From the IMG/VR virus record IMGVR_UViG_3300027782_000027, positions 1-64,000 of that record: 64,000 bases of DNA; one strand, 5' to 3'. The notes beneath the pieces were generated by a model. It made no database searches. It was not told where the DNA came from and saw only the letters and a list, made by a program, of their open reading frames with translations. Both the position numbers and the translations under genes were made by a program. Position 1 is the stretch's first letter; each line of letters begins with the position of its first letter. Positions 36,259 to 46,665 of the stretch are shown in pieces.

Positions 36259-36711
36259 CTAACGAGGGTTTTTCTTTTTACATTTAACATCAAAACACAT
36301 GTAACCTTCAGTGGTTTCATTATTAATGTCATACTCAACTAACATATTAACTGATTTATTATCATTTTTGTAAACGACTACAACACCTTTAAAACCTTTA
36401 GTATCGACACATTCAAAAGAAACTAAAATATCGTTTGATGGATTTTTGAATACCTCAGTGATTACAAAATTAAACACCACACCCTCACCATTTTTCATAG
36501 TTAAAGATTTATTGTCGACATCAATAGTGTAAACAACTTCCCCCTGACCAAGAGTAGTGTATGTAATTAAACCATTTTCCAATGATGGAATAAAATTAAC
36601 TTCTTTTGGGTGTTGGAATTTTTGAATAGTATCAGTTTTTACAACAAATACTTGTGAGTTAGCCACCAAACCAACCATCACTAAAACAAAAGAAAGAAAT
36701 AAGTTTTTCAT
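36259..36711 (-). CDS. secreted protein (signal peptide I)
   Basis: signal peptide nearly identical to that of 34832-35338. Confidence 0.75.
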   Translation of the reverse strand: MKNLFLSFVLVMVGLVANSQVFVVKTDTIQKFQHPKEVNFIPSLENGLITYTTLGQGEVVYTIDVDNKSLTMKNGEGVVFNFVITEVFKNPSNDILVSFECVDTKGFKGVVVVYKNDNKSVNMLVEYDINNETTEGYMCFDVKCKKKNPR

Positions 36712-36825
36712 AGGACTTGATTATTTAATTATTAATACAAATATACACAAAATATTCCTCCACACAAATATATTTATAAATAAAGTGAACTTTGTTCATA
36801 AACTTTAAACCCACGTTAATGGATA

Positions 36826-37029
36826 ATGACAAAAATGAAACGAATTCTAAAGGAAAATGTTGCCACTTACTGCCTTATGCTCGCAATGTTTTTCAACCCA
36901 CTAGGATTCGACATAATGTTCAAAGCAATTTTAGACTACACAAGTTCTTATTGGATTACCACAGGAATTTTTTATTGTATATCGGGATTGTTCTTTGGGT
37001 TGTATTTCTTATTACGAAGTAAAAAATGA
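36826..37029 (+). CDS. small two-TM membrane protein
   Basis: hydrophobic; overlaps the next start. Confidence 0.6.
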   Translation: MTKMKRILKENVATYCLMLAMFFNPLGFDIMFKAILDYTSSYWITTGIFYCISGLFFGLYFLLRSKK

Positions 37030-37625
37030 ATATCAAAAAACTTATCAAAAAAGTTCTTACAGAATCGGTGGAAAAACCACTTATTTCAGAACACCTTAAT
37101 TATCATATAACAAATGAAGTACCATTGAATGATAATATCTTCAGATTTGGTTCAGAAGAGTTCTTTAATGTTATTAACGAAGCTCGTGAGTTGTATTACG
37201 AAGGAATGGTTGAGTTAAATGAAGATGATGTTGAACTTATTGAATCTGATTTTGGAACACAGGTTAGATTATCAAGTGGTAGAGTTATTTACTTGGATAC
37301 TCCTATGGAAGAATCATTTATTTCTGAGGCGGAACATAATGGTAAGAAAGTTGAACTTGGTAAACCAAGAAGAAACAGTGGTGGTGGAAAAAAATACGTT
37401 GTTTATGTTAAAAACCCATCGACAGGTAGAGTTAAAAAGATTTCATTTGGTGATGTTAAAGGTGGATTAACCGCTAAGGTATCTAATCCTAAAGCTCGTA
37501 AATCATTTGCCGCAAGACATCAGTGTTCTAAAAAGAAAGATAGATTAACTGCGGGGTACTGGGCATGTAGACTCAATCGCTTTGGTTACCTCTGGGGAGG
37601 TAAAACTTATCCAGGATTTTGGTAA
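37026..37625 (+). CDS. conserved T4-like phage hypothetical protein
   Basis: KKY.VYVKNP..G.VKKISFGD, ARKSFAARH.C, AGYWAC. Confidence 0.75.
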   Translation: MNIKKLIKKVLTESVEKPLISEHLNYHITNEVPLNDNIFRFGSEEFFNVINEARELYYEGMVELNEDDVELIESDFGTQVRLSSGRVIYLDTPMEESFISEAEHNGKKVELGKPRRNSGGGKKYVVYVKNPSTGRVKKISFGDVKGGLTAKVSNPKARKSFAARHQCSKKKDRLTAGYWACRLNRFGYLWGGKTYPGFW

Positions 37626-37626
37626 T

Positions 37627-37893
37627 ATGAAACCGTATAAAGATAGAAAACTAACAGAAACTTCAAAGATTAGAGTTTTTAAATCCAATGTTGATAGTGG
37701 TGAACTACAATGGCATCGTGATAGAGAAGATAGATTGGTTGAAGTGGTACAAGGTGATGGATGGAAATTTCAAATGGATAATCAACTACCTATAGAGTTA
37801 ACTGAAGGACAAGTATTATTAATCCCTGAAGGAACTTACCACAGAATATTCAGAGGAACGTCTGATTTGGAATTAAAGATTGATTTTATTTAG
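37627..37893 (+). CDS. cupin-fold small protein
   Basis: WHRDREDR..EV and IPEGTYHRI. Confidence 0.7.
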   Translation: MKPYKDRKLTETSKIRVFKSNVDSGELQWHRDREDRLVEVVQGDGWKFQMDNQLPIELTEGQVLLIPEGTYHRIFRGTSDLELKIDFI

Positions 37894-38506
37894 TAATTCT
37901 ATCAACGATTAAATCCATAAGTCGTTTTAAGAAATTACCCGAAATTGTTATTAATCCAAATGCCGATAATGATTTAACCAACATTTCAGTATCTTTCATA
38001 TCCCATATACCTTCAGAGACAGCGTCATATATCATTGGTATAATTGGAACCAAGAATGCATAACTTAACATATTTGTCACACTGAATGCTGATAAATTCA
38101 AACTCTTTAAAAAACCTGCCAAAACAGTTTTAAGTTGATTAGCTTTAATTGCTCCCAATTTAAATGGTTCTTCAAGTCCGTCTTCTTTAATCTTTTTAAT
38201 AATTGATTTGGTAAAACTTCTTTCCTGAAAGAATATTACTGAAGCAATACCCGCAGCAATCAATGATGAATCTTTTTCTGTTAACTCTGGTACCTGTCCA
38301 TTTAACCATTGCATAATTGGTCCCATAAACCCTCCAATTGCCGCACCCCATGTAAGCATCATCTTTAAGTTTATTGAAGCATGTGATTTAGTGTCTTCAA
38401 CAATCTTTTTAGTTAGTTCAACACCATCTTCTTGAACTTCTTTAATCCTATCATTTATTGATTCAAGGATAATTTGCTTTTGAGATTCTTTAATTATATA
38501 TTTCAT
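37886..38506 (-). CDS. MKYIIKESQ-leader membrane protein
   Basis: variant leader and several hydrophobic helices. Confidence 0.75.
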   Translation of the reverse strand: MKYIIKESQKQIILESINDRIKEVQEDGVELTKKIVEDTKSHASINLKMMLTWGAAIGGFMGPIMQWLNGQVPELTEKDSSLIAAGIASVIFFQERSFTKSIIKKIKEDGLEEPFKLGAIKANQLKTVLAGFLKSLNLSAFSVTNMLSYAFLVPIIPMIYDAVSEGIWDMKDTEMLVKSLSAFGLITISGNFLKRLMDLIVDRITK

Positions 38507-38521
38507 TATATTTATAAATAT

Positions 38522-39124
38522 ATGAGTAAGAAATTAAATCCTGAACTTAAACCTGATGATAGAATTGTTGTCATTGAACTATTAGGTGAACCTCAATTAT
38601 CGTTTGGTGACAGAGGAACTGTTAAAGGAATTCAAAAAGGACCTGGATTTGTTCAGTATGTTGTTAAATGGGACAATGGGTCAAGTCTTTATTTATTGGA
38701 TGAAGATAAATGGATGTATGAATCTGAGTTTGATGAAATGAGAGAAAGAAAAAGAAAAAAAAATATTCAGGAAAATAAATCAACTGATTTAACACTACAT
38801 TCATTGTTAGTAAAACATTTCAACATGTTGTATTTAAAAAAATATCTTAATAAATTAAGAGAGACTAGTGTTGTTAATATGTTTGCAGCGGCACCATATC
38901 TTTATATAGGTAAAGAAAGATTGGCTCACGAACACAAATATAACGATACTAACGAATCGTTTGATGAGTTACTTGATATGGCCGATAAGGCTCAAGGTGA
39001 AATGGTAAACGGAGTAATCAGTATTATTGAAGACGAAAATAAAGAAGTAACCGTAGAAAGAATCAATGCTTATTTAAGAAGATACTCTCCAAAAATTATT
39101 TCATTTTACGCAAATTACTTCTAA
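38522..39124 (+). CDS. hypothetical protein (N-terminal DUF4314-like by recall)
   Basis: GDRGTV...VKWDNGSSL.L..EDKW. Confidence 0.65.
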   Translation: MSKKLNPELKPDDRIVVIELLGEPQLSFGDRGTVKGIQKGPGFVQYVVKWDNGSSLYLLDEDKWMYESEFDEMRERKRKKNIQENKSTDLTLHSLLVKHFNMLYLKKYLNKLRETSVVNMFAAAPYLYIGKERLAHEHKYNDTNESFDELLDMADKAQGEMVNGVISIIEDENKEVTVERINAYLRRYSPKIISFYANYF

Positions 39125-39357
39125 AGTAAAAACAAAGGATTTCTTTCACCGAAATGTCCACCAACAATGTTGTAGTAGTAATATTCTAAAGCATCTTCAT
39201 AAGACATATCTTTTTGTAATGACTCAAGTATTTTATCACGTGAATAAAGTATTCTTATACCATTACCAAACTCTTCAACAACTCCTGTAATACAATCATC
39301 AAATCCGTCTAATAGAATTGCTCCTTCAGCTAATTCTTCTACTTCTTCTTTTGTCAT
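39121..39357 (-). CDS. conserved phage hypothetical protein
   Basis: LDGFDDCITG...YS...A.EYYYYNI.G...GE..P. Confidence 0.7.
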   Translation of the reverse strand: MTKEEVEELAEGAILLDGFDDCITGVVEEFGNGIRILYSRDKILESLQKDMSYEDALEYYYYNIVGGHFGERNPLFLL

Positions 39358-39863
39358 TTGTTTTTGTATTCTTTCAGTGTGATTCCTTCGGTGTCTTTAT
39401 CACTAATCTTAACTTTAAAGTTAAATCCTCTCATGTATTTTGTGATAATATCTTTCACTTCTTCTACGGTATCCCATTGAATACATCCTTCATGTTCTTT
39501 TGAGTATTCATTGTCAACCAAATAGTTAACGATTGTTCCACTTTGAAGTGTTAAAAATCCGTGAGCGTATCCTTTTGGAACATATACCGATTCACCTGAT
39601 GTTAAAATGAATGTTTCTAACTTACCGAAGTCTTCACTGTCTTTATCTAAGTTGATAACAAAATCAATTACTTTTCCTTGAATAACTGAAACTAATTTGG
39701 ATTGAGCCATTGGGTCATCTTGATAATGTAATCCACGAAATACGAATATATCGTCGTTTATGCTAATGTTTGATTGAACCCACTTGTCAGAAAGTTTAAT
39801 TGGTGTAAAAGACCCACGATGGTCTTTAAAAACTGGTTGTAATAGTTGATAAGGTTTTTCCAT
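39354..39863 (-). CDS. rmlC: dTDP-4-dehydrorhamnose 3,5-epimerase
   Basis: FKDHRGSF, RGLHYQ, Q.KLV.VI.G, VPKGYAHGF. Confidence 0.88.
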   Translation of the reverse strand: MEKPYQLLQPVFKDHRGSFTPIKLSDKWVQSNISINDDIFVFRGLHYQDDPMAQSKLVSVIQGKVIDFVINLDKDSEDFGKLETFILTSGESVYVPKGYAHGFLTLQSGTIVNYLVDNEYSKEHEGCIQWDTVEEVKDIITKYMRGFNFKVKISDKDTEGITLKEYKNK

Positions 39864-39927
39864 GTGTAAAATATAATAAATTAATATTATTCAATCAACC
39901 ATATATTTATATAGAAAACAATTATAT

Positions 39928-40395
39928 ATGAGAAACGCATTTTTTTTGAATATTACTAAAGAAGAAAAAGAATCAATACAAGATAAACACAGAAGTCAAT
40001 ATGATGGATATGTTACTCGTGGATTTAACACACCAAAAGAACAAATCCTTAATGTTGAAAATTTGGCGTTAGATGAAAAAGGAATTACTGTTAATAATAA
40101 AGGTGATGTTACTGAATATAGAAACACGAACATTAATCAAAAACTTAAAAAAGTTTGTGAACAATGTACTGGATTATATGAAGGTGATATGTGTGAACAA
40201 TGTTCATCCATGAAAGAAGGTGAAATGTGTGAGCAGTGTGGTGGTGGAATAAAAGAGGGAGAACAATGTGAACAGTGTTCAACTAAATCATATTCTATGG
40301 AAGAAATTGAAGAAGGTATTAAAGTAAAATCAAAGGCTTATTTAGTACAAGAACAAATTAATGAATCACTTAAGTGGTTCAAGAAAATCATTTAA
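39928..40395 (+). CDS. protein with four CEQC repeats
   Basis: (EG..)CEQC x4. Confidence 0.75.
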   Translation: MRNAFFLNITKEEKESIQDKHRSQYDGYVTRGFNTPKEQILNVENLALDEKGITVNNKGDVTEYRNTNINQKLKKVCEQCTGLYEGDMCEQCSSMKEGEMCEQCGGGIKEGEQCEQCSTKSYSMEEIEEGIKVKSKAYLVQEQINESLKWFKKII

Positions 40396-40399
40396 TGAA

Positions 40400-40735
40400 A
40401 TGAAAATCAAAGAAATCGTTGATTACTATTACAATCCAAAATCTGAAATCATACAAGTTAGTTTCAGATTAAAAGAAGATGGTGAAGACGAGATAAGAGA
40501 ACATGAATTTGAACTGGACTTTGTTGAAAAGTCTGGTTTTTTCATTTTAGAGAACTATGATTATGAATCAAATGATTTACCAATTATATATGAAGAAGAT
40601 ACTGACGAGTTAATTATTGATGAAGAAGCGTCAGATGAAAAAGAATACGAAGTAGATGTAACTGAGTTAAAGGATTTTATGGAAGAATTCTACAAATTAA
40701 ATCCAAAGAAAATTCCACCTTCGTTTTTATTCTAA
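40400..40735 (+). CDS. acidic hypothetical protein
   Basis: ORF, start moved to 40400. Confidence 0.7.
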   Translation: MKIKEIVDYYYNPKSEIIQVSFRLKEDGEDEIREHEFELDFVEKSGFFILENYDYESNDLPIIYEEDTDELIIDEEASDEKEYEVDVTELKDFMEEFYKLNPKKIPPSFLF

Positions 40736-40777
40736 TAACTACATTTTTTTTATTGGTTGTGTTATATTTATGTAATA

Positions 40778-41035
40778 ATGACACAAGACGTTGATTACAT
40801 AATTTCATTACTTAAAGAATTGACTACCAATAACAGAAAAAAAGGTAGTAAAGATGAGTTAGGTGAACAAGACGCCGCCGCTGGTGGTGGAGGGGGAACT
40901 GCTAACACAAATAAAAGAGGTAGTAATTGGAATGAATTATATGTAACAACAAGAGGACCTGCAAATATGTTAGGTAAGAAAGGTGAGAAATGGGACTCAG
41001 GAGTTAAACGTGGTTCGGCAAATCAAGTTTGGTAA
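40778..41035 (+). CDS. hypothetical protein with RG(P/S)AN repeats
   Basis: ORF after TATTTAT motif. Confidence 0.7.
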   Translation: MTQDVDYIISLLKELTTNNRKKGSKDELGEQDAAAGGGGGTANTNKRGSNWNELYVTTRGPANMLGKKGEKWDSGVKRGSANQVW

Positions 41036-41037
41036 AT

Positions 41038-42873
41038 ATGGATAGTAAACAAGAATTATTAGAAAGAGTGTTGTTGATGATGAAATATGACTCATCAAGA
41101 ACTTTAAATGAAAATGTTCAAATTATAAATGAACAGTCAGATGCAAATTGGAAAACCAAATATGCGTGTGTTCCCAAACACTATGGTGCTACAAAGGATA
41201 CTTTAAAAGATGGCTCTACCGCATATAAAATTAATGGACTTTATTATTACAACAACGGAAGAGCTCAACCGTCACGAACATATTCATGTAATGACGCTTT
41301 TTTCAAATATCCTAAAAATCAAGTCGATGGAGATGCGTTTAGAAAATGGTTTTATAAGAATTATAGTAATGACAAATATTTAGGTAACATTGCAAAAAAA
41401 TATAAAGTTTCACAAACAGGTCCTTACAATTCACCTGAATTAAGAAATGCTTGGGAATCGTATGGGTGGGAATTTTTAGAAGGTGGAGGGAAATTAACAC
41501 CAGATGAAGTAATTGCTAAACGAAAAGAAATAGAAAATTCTGATATTGATGGTTATATGAGAAAGGTATGGGGAACAAGTTTTTCTATGCCTAACGCTAA
41601 ATCTAAACAAGAATGGATTAATGGTTATGCTAAGTACGCGGCTAAAGAAATTGAAGGAGCTATTTACATGGTGTGGGGTACTAATCCTGATGGTAAATGT
41701 TCTAGAAAAGATAAATCATTTTTGGATGATAAACCAATCGGTTTAAAATGGCCTTCATTATGGGAAAGATTAAATAAAAAAGGAAGTTACAATGACGGAG
41801 GTAGTACGGTTAACGAATATAATACATGTTATAATGAAGATGTTGCAATGGGATTAAAAGATGCTTACAAACCTTCTTGGGACCATGTCGTTAAAGCTTA
41901 CGGTATCAATACTACAGTATCTGTTGAAAAGATTGTTGATAAATTATGGAAAACATATACGGATGGTCATGGAAGTATTTCAAACGTACCGTCATATAGT
42001 AATCGTAGAATTTATAGAAATACGGGTTCTGTTTCAAAATCGGGTGGTATAACAATGGAAGAATTCCATGAAATTATGATGTATTTAGAAATAGGTTCAG
42101 CGTTTATACCTGGTATCGGCCCTATATTATCTTTCGGATTTGGTTTTGGTGACGCATTATTTTATATGGATGAAAATCCGGAAATGGGGGCCTTTGTTTT
42201 ACTTTTAACTGTATTACCTGAATTAAAATTGTTTACTAATACTGTAAAATTAGGTAAAGCAACAGGTGTTTATGCCACTACCTTAAATAAACTCGCCAAA
42301 GGTGATGTTAAAGCGTTAACGAAACAAGAGATTGCGTTTGTTAATGAAGTTAAGACATTAGTTGAAACAAATAAAGGTGAGGTTAAATCTGAAGTTAAAA
42401 AGGTTGTAGGTAAAGAAGCTGATAAAATTTTAAATAATCCAAGTGCGAAAAAACAATTAAAACAGGAAGAGATTAAAGCTTTAAACACAGTATCTGCTGC
42501 GAAAAATTTAGAATTTTTAAAATTAGATACTTTATTTGGTATTGCTTTACCATTTACAACAAAATATGGTAGAGATATATTAAAACGAATTTTTGGATTA
42601 TATGAAGAAAATTTTGGAGGAATGACGGAAGCTCAATGGGTTGATTTAGAAAGAAAACTTAATAAAGTTCCTAAAGAAGTAATGCCTCCAACTGTTACCG
42701 CTTTTGAAAACAAACCTGAGGAGTTTGTAGCGTATGTAAAAGAAGAAAAAGTTTCTAAAGCAATTAATTCAAGATTACAAAACTTAACACTAAAAGTACC
42801 ATTAAACCAATTAGAGACTAAAACAACTGAAGAAGATATTGCTGTTATGATGGCACAAGAACCAAACAAATAA
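41038..42873 (+). CDS. large putative virion-internal protein with hydrophobic hairpin
   Basis: leader ending INEQ; AFIPGIG.....FG..DA..Y segment. Confidence 0.65.
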   Translation: MDSKQELLERVLLMMKYDSSRTLNENVQIINEQSDANWKTKYACVPKHYGATKDTLKDGSTAYKINGLYYYNNGRAQPSRTYSCNDAFFKYPKNQVDGDAFRKWFYKNYSNDKYLGNIAKKYKVSQTGPYNSPELRNAWESYGWEFLEGGGKLTPDEVIAKRKEIENSDIDGYMRKVWGTSFSMPNAKSKQEWINGYAKYAAKEIEGAIYMVWGTNPDGKCSRKDKSFLDDKPIGLKWPSLWERLNKKGSYNDGGSTVNEYNTCYNEDVAMGLKDAYKPSWDHVVKAYGINTTVSVEKIVDKLWKTYTDGHGSISNVPSYSNRRIYRNTGSVSKSGGITMEEFHEIMMYLEIGSAFIPGIGPILSFGFGFGDALFYMDENPEMGAFVLLLTVLPELKLFTNTVKLGKATGVYATTLNKLAKGDVKALTKQEIAFVNEVKTLVETNKGEVKSEVKKVVGKEADKILNNPSAKKQLKQEEIKALNTVSAAKNLEFLKLDTLFGIALPFTTKYGRDILKRIFGLYEENFGGMTEAQWVDLERKLNKVPKEVMPPTVTAFENKPEEFVAYVKEEKVSKAINSRLQNLTLKVPLNQLETKTTEEDIAVMMAQEPNK

Positions 42874-42913
42874 TTTTTTATCAAAACAATAATATTTATA
42901 AAAAAAGACAAAA

Positions 42914-44422
42914 ATGAAATCAGAAATTTTACTTGAAATAAATAGAGTTAAAGAGATTATGGGGTTATCCCCATCATTACTCAACGAGCAACTTGCGTTT
43001 TTAAAATCAATTGCAAAATCAGGAAAGGCAGAATTAAAGGCAGAATTAAAAAATTATTTAGATACATATGCAAAGGCTATGAATGTAAGTACGGACACCG
43101 CTCTTGAAGCATTTGAAAAAGACTATGCTGAGGCTTTGTTAAAAAATGACGATAATGTAGTTAATAAAGTATTTGATGATTATTTTAGTATTGTTTCTAA
43201 AGATTATGCGGATGATTTAATTGAGATGTATGCGAGAGTTTCACCTATAGAATTTGGTAAAGAGGTAGTCGGTGCTCAGTTAGGAGTTCAATATAAAGGA
43301 GTGTATGCTAAATATATTAAACCAGAAACTAAACTTACCGACGAAACTTTTAACAGTGTTAGAAATATGTTATACGATGTTAAATCTAAAAAATTAAATA
43401 TTGTTGGAGATAGTTCTGCGGACATATTAGCAAGAGAGTCTCTTGCAGAATTTGAAGAAGCTCTTGAAAAGAAATTTACTGATTATAACGATGAGTATAT
43501 TAAAAGGGAAGAAAAAAGAGAAGCTGAGGAAATACTAAAACAACAAGAAAAGGAACTGGCAACAAGAAGTTTAGATGACTGGTATGATGATGTTTATACG
43601 GTTGATACTAAAAATGCAAGTAAAAAGCCATTAACAAGAGAAGAATTCAAAGCTCAGGTAAAATCAGCTCAAGCTAAAGTCGCTGGTGCAAAACCAGTAG
43701 ACATTGTAAAAGAGTTAATTGAAAGTGCTCCGAATAAGAAAAATGCGGTTGAATACATTAATAATGCGTTTAGAAAAAAAGGAGGTGTTGGAGATGTTGT
43801 TGACATGGCGGCAGATGGTAGTATAAAGACAACTAATAAATTGGTTGAATTTACAAAATCACTTGGAGCATTGGGTTGGGGAGGGTTATTAGTTATAGGT
43901 ATTGCGGTTGCGGTTTTTGCACCAAGTGTTATTGAGTCTATTTACCAAAAATATAAAGAAATGAGCACTAAGTATAATGATGTTTATGATGCTCTTGGGG
44001 AAAGATTATCTGGAAATTATTATGATTTACCTGATGATGTTAAATTTTTTATTAGTCGGGAATTCACAATTGAACAAGCTAAAAAAAATGACACTACACC
44101 ATATATTAAAAATATAGAATATAAAGAAAATACGGACTCTGAGGCAGGTTCAATAACAATTAAAATGAGTGATGACTCTATTGTAAAATATGAAACCTCT
44201 GATGGTAAAACATTTAATAAAGTTGGTGGTGAAGGTGAAGTTGAAAGCGGAAAAAAAACTGAAGAGGAATTTAAAGCCGCCGCTATAAAAGGAGGTTTTG
44301 ATATTGGAAAATCATTTGTTAAACAAACAGACACAAAATATTGGGGGGTTGATAACGATGATACAGAAAGTACTACTGAATGGAACGGGACAACGTTTAT
44401 TGTAACGGCAGGACACATTTAA
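42914..44422 (+). CDS. large helical putative virion-internal protein with one TM segment
   Basis: leader LLEINRVKEIMGL...LNEQ; TM GALGWGGLLVIGIAVAVFA. Confidence 0.65.
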   Translation: MKSEILLEINRVKEIMGLSPSLLNEQLAFLKSIAKSGKAELKAELKNYLDTYAKAMNVSTDTALEAFEKDYAEALLKNDDNVVNKVFDDYFSIVSKDYADDLIEMYARVSPIEFGKEVVGAQLGVQYKGVYAKYIKPETKLTDETFNSVRNMLYDVKSKKLNIVGDSSADILARESLAEFEEALEKKFTDYNDEYIKREEKREAEEILKQQEKELATRSLDDWYDDVYTVDTKNASKKPLTREEFKAQVKSAQAKVAGAKPVDIVKELIESAPNKKNAVEYINNAFRKKGGVGDVVDMAADGSIKTTNKLVEFTKSLGALGWGGLLVIGIAVAVFAPSVIESIYQKYKEMSTKYNDVYDALGERLSGNYYDLPDDVKFFISREFTIEQAKKNDTTPYIKNIEYKENTDSEAGSITIKMSDDSIVKYETSDGKTFNKVGGEGEVESGKKTEEEFKAAAIKGGFDIGKSFVKQTDTKYWGVDNDDTESTTEWNGTTFIVTAGHI

Positions 44423-44431
44423 AAAAATATT

Positions 44432-46174
44432 ATGAAAAAAATAATACTAGAACAGGTTGATAAATTAAATGTTAAAGAAAAGAGTAAATACGATGCCGCT
44501 ATAAAGTCGGGATTTAAAATTACTACTGTTAAAGAGTTTAATAAGGATACTGCGAATTATGAATATAAGTCGTTTGGAACGGGATATAGTCCCGCAATTC
44601 AGCCTGTTTATGTTAGAAAAAAGAAAACAGTTAGCCCCCCAAAACCAGTTGAAACTGAAAAAGAAAAAAAAGACAAAAAACCTTATAGTGAAGTAAAATT
44701 ACCGTTTACAAAAACTTCAGAGAGTGATGAGTTTAGAGCTTGGTTATTATCAAAATTTCCTGATTATGGAGATGAGGTAAAAATGACCAAATTATTAACT
44801 GTCGCTAAACCATCATCAAAATACAAAACATCAGACGCCCTTAAAAACGCTTATTTTGATAAAGGTGCTGAATATGTAAAATGGGTTACTGGTGGTGGAA
44901 AAGTTGATAGTAAAACATTTGCAGTTACTGACGGAACATATATACCAACCAATGACAAACCAACTGAAATAGAAAAAACTACTAAGAAGATAAAAAGAAT
45001 GGGATGTAAAAATGTTGGTGATACTAGCAGATTTAAAACCTTATCCTCTGACGATTCTCAAAGAAATGATTTTGTTAGAGATTTTTTATCGTGGTGGAAG
45101 AAAAAATTCAATAAGATATTTTTTGTATCAGATGGTAAATGTGGTATGTATCCTAGAACGGTATCCAGTTGGATTTATGGTGTTTTATATGATGAAAACG
45201 GTGATGAGTATTACGCATGGCAAGATGAAAATATAAATAATCTCGCAAATGTTAAAGATACAACTGAAGAAGGAGATGATACTACATATTTTGATATGTG
45301 GTTAAGAGATAGAGAGTTAAATATAAGAGCTCAAGAAGAAAAAAGAAAAGAAATACAAAATAAATACGGTGATAAAAACGAAAAAGAAATATCAGTTGTT
45401 AAAGATTTTGAAGGTCTTAAACTAGCGGCTGGTAACGCCAAAATTAACCCTACTAGACAAAATTGTAAGGTGTTATTCCAACAAACGAAAGGTTACAATA
45501 ATACTGATAAAACTATTAACGCAACCATTGAAACTTGTAGGTCAAAATTCCCATTGATGGACATACCTGAAAGTCTTGAAAATAAAATATCCGGAAAATT
45601 AAAACTAATGAAAGAAAATAAAAGTTTAAGTGAATCTATAACTAATAAGATTAAATCAAAGAAATATGAAAAAACTTTGGGTGGTCTATCAGAACAGTTC
45701 GACAAACAAAATTACAGAAAATTCTTTGATACGTTAACTAAATTTAGAAATAACAATATCAACGAAGCGACAAATTCAGAATTTGAAAAATCATTTGATG
45801 TTATTTTCCAAGGTAAAGAAACAGAGTTTAAAAACAGAGCGATAGAATATATCTTAGGTAAATTGGAAGTTTCACCATCGTCTGAACTTGGTAAAAGTAT
45901 TAAATCAGAATTAGATAGAGTACCAGCTAAAGACATGTTTAGAAATGAATATGATGTCCCTGAGGCAATATCAAAGGCTATTGAGACATCTTCACAATCA
46001 AATAATGGTGAACAAACAGGATTAAAAGGTATTGTATCTCAATCAATTAAATTTGACGATAAACAAATCAAACAAGGTGTTAGACAACATCTTCATGATT
46101 ATATCGAAGGAGTTAAAGATGATATTAAGTCTTTGGAACAAAAATTAAAAAGTTCGATAGTACAAGGTCTTTAA
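44432..46174 (+). CDS. large hypothetical (putative virion) protein
   Basis: 580-aa ORF. Confidence 0.7.
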   Translation: MKKIILEQVDKLNVKEKSKYDAAIKSGFKITTVKEFNKDTANYEYKSFGTGYSPAIQPVYVRKKKTVSPPKPVETEKEKKDKKPYSEVKLPFTKTSESDEFRAWLLSKFPDYGDEVKMTKLLTVAKPSSKYKTSDALKNAYFDKGAEYVKWVTGGGKVDSKTFAVTDGTYIPTNDKPTEIEKTTKKIKRMGCKNVGDTSRFKTLSSDDSQRNDFVRDFLSWWKKKFNKIFFVSDGKCGMYPRTVSSWIYGVLYDENGDEYYAWQDENINNLANVKDTTEEGDDTTYFDMWLRDRELNIRAQEEKRKEIQNKYGDKNEKEISVVKDFEGLKLAAGNAKINPTRQNCKVLFQQTKGYNNTDKTINATIETCRSKFPLMDIPESLENKISGKLKLMKENKSLSESITNKIKSKKYEKTLGGLSEQFDKQNYRKFFDTLTKFRNNNINEATNSEFEKSFDVIFQGKETEFKNRAIEYILGKLEVSPSSELGKSIKSELDRVPAKDMFRNEYDVPEAISKAIETSSQSNNGEQTGLKGIVSQSIKFDDKQIKQGVRQHLHDYIEGVKDDIKSLEQKLKSSIVQGL

Positions 46175-46665
46175 AAAGACTTTTGATATTCAGTCCAAAC
46201 TTTTTGTAAAGATTGACCCACAGAATCCGAAAATATAGAAGGTTCTGTGGGTTTTTTCATTAACCTCATATTGGTTTCACCCAATAACTTGTCCCCTTTC
46301 TTCGAATTACACGTTATACAACACGTAACTAGGTTATCCCATGTGTTACCCCCACCTTTTGATTTAGGGATGATATGGTCTATTGTAAGGTCTTTTTTAC
46401 TACCACAATAAACACAAGCGTTATGGTCACGTCTCATGATTCTATGACGATTAACACGAATACGTCTACGAGTGATTGAAACGTAGTTTAAAAGTCTAAT
46501 AATAACGGGTCTAACGAGTTTTATAATACCGCACACGACTGGCTCGTCAGATGATTTTACAACCTCTGCCTTCCCTTTATAGACTAAATTAAACCCACGA
46601 TTAAACGATGTTACATTTAAGGGACTATAATCTGAATTAAGAACTAATACTCCATTCATATTCAT
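46171..46665 (-). CDS. HNH endonuclease (McrA-like)
   Basis: RD...CVYCG....LTIDHIIPKSKGG..TWDNLVTCC..CN..KG. Confidence 0.92.
   Translation of the reverse strand: MNMNGVLVLNSDYSPLNVTSFNRGFNLVYKGKAEVVKSSDEPVVCGIIKLVRPVIIRLLNYVSITRRRIRVNRHRIMRRDHNACVYCGSKKDLTIDHIIPKSKGGGNTWDNLVTCCITCNSKKGDKLLGETNMRLMKKPTEPSIFSDSVGQSLQKVWTEYQKSF

Noticed and set aside
46171-46665. HNH gene as the effector for the arrays or an intron-encoded homing nuclease
   Set aside because: Stand-alone 164-aa McrA-like protein 36 kb away, with no RuvC, HEPN or intron context.
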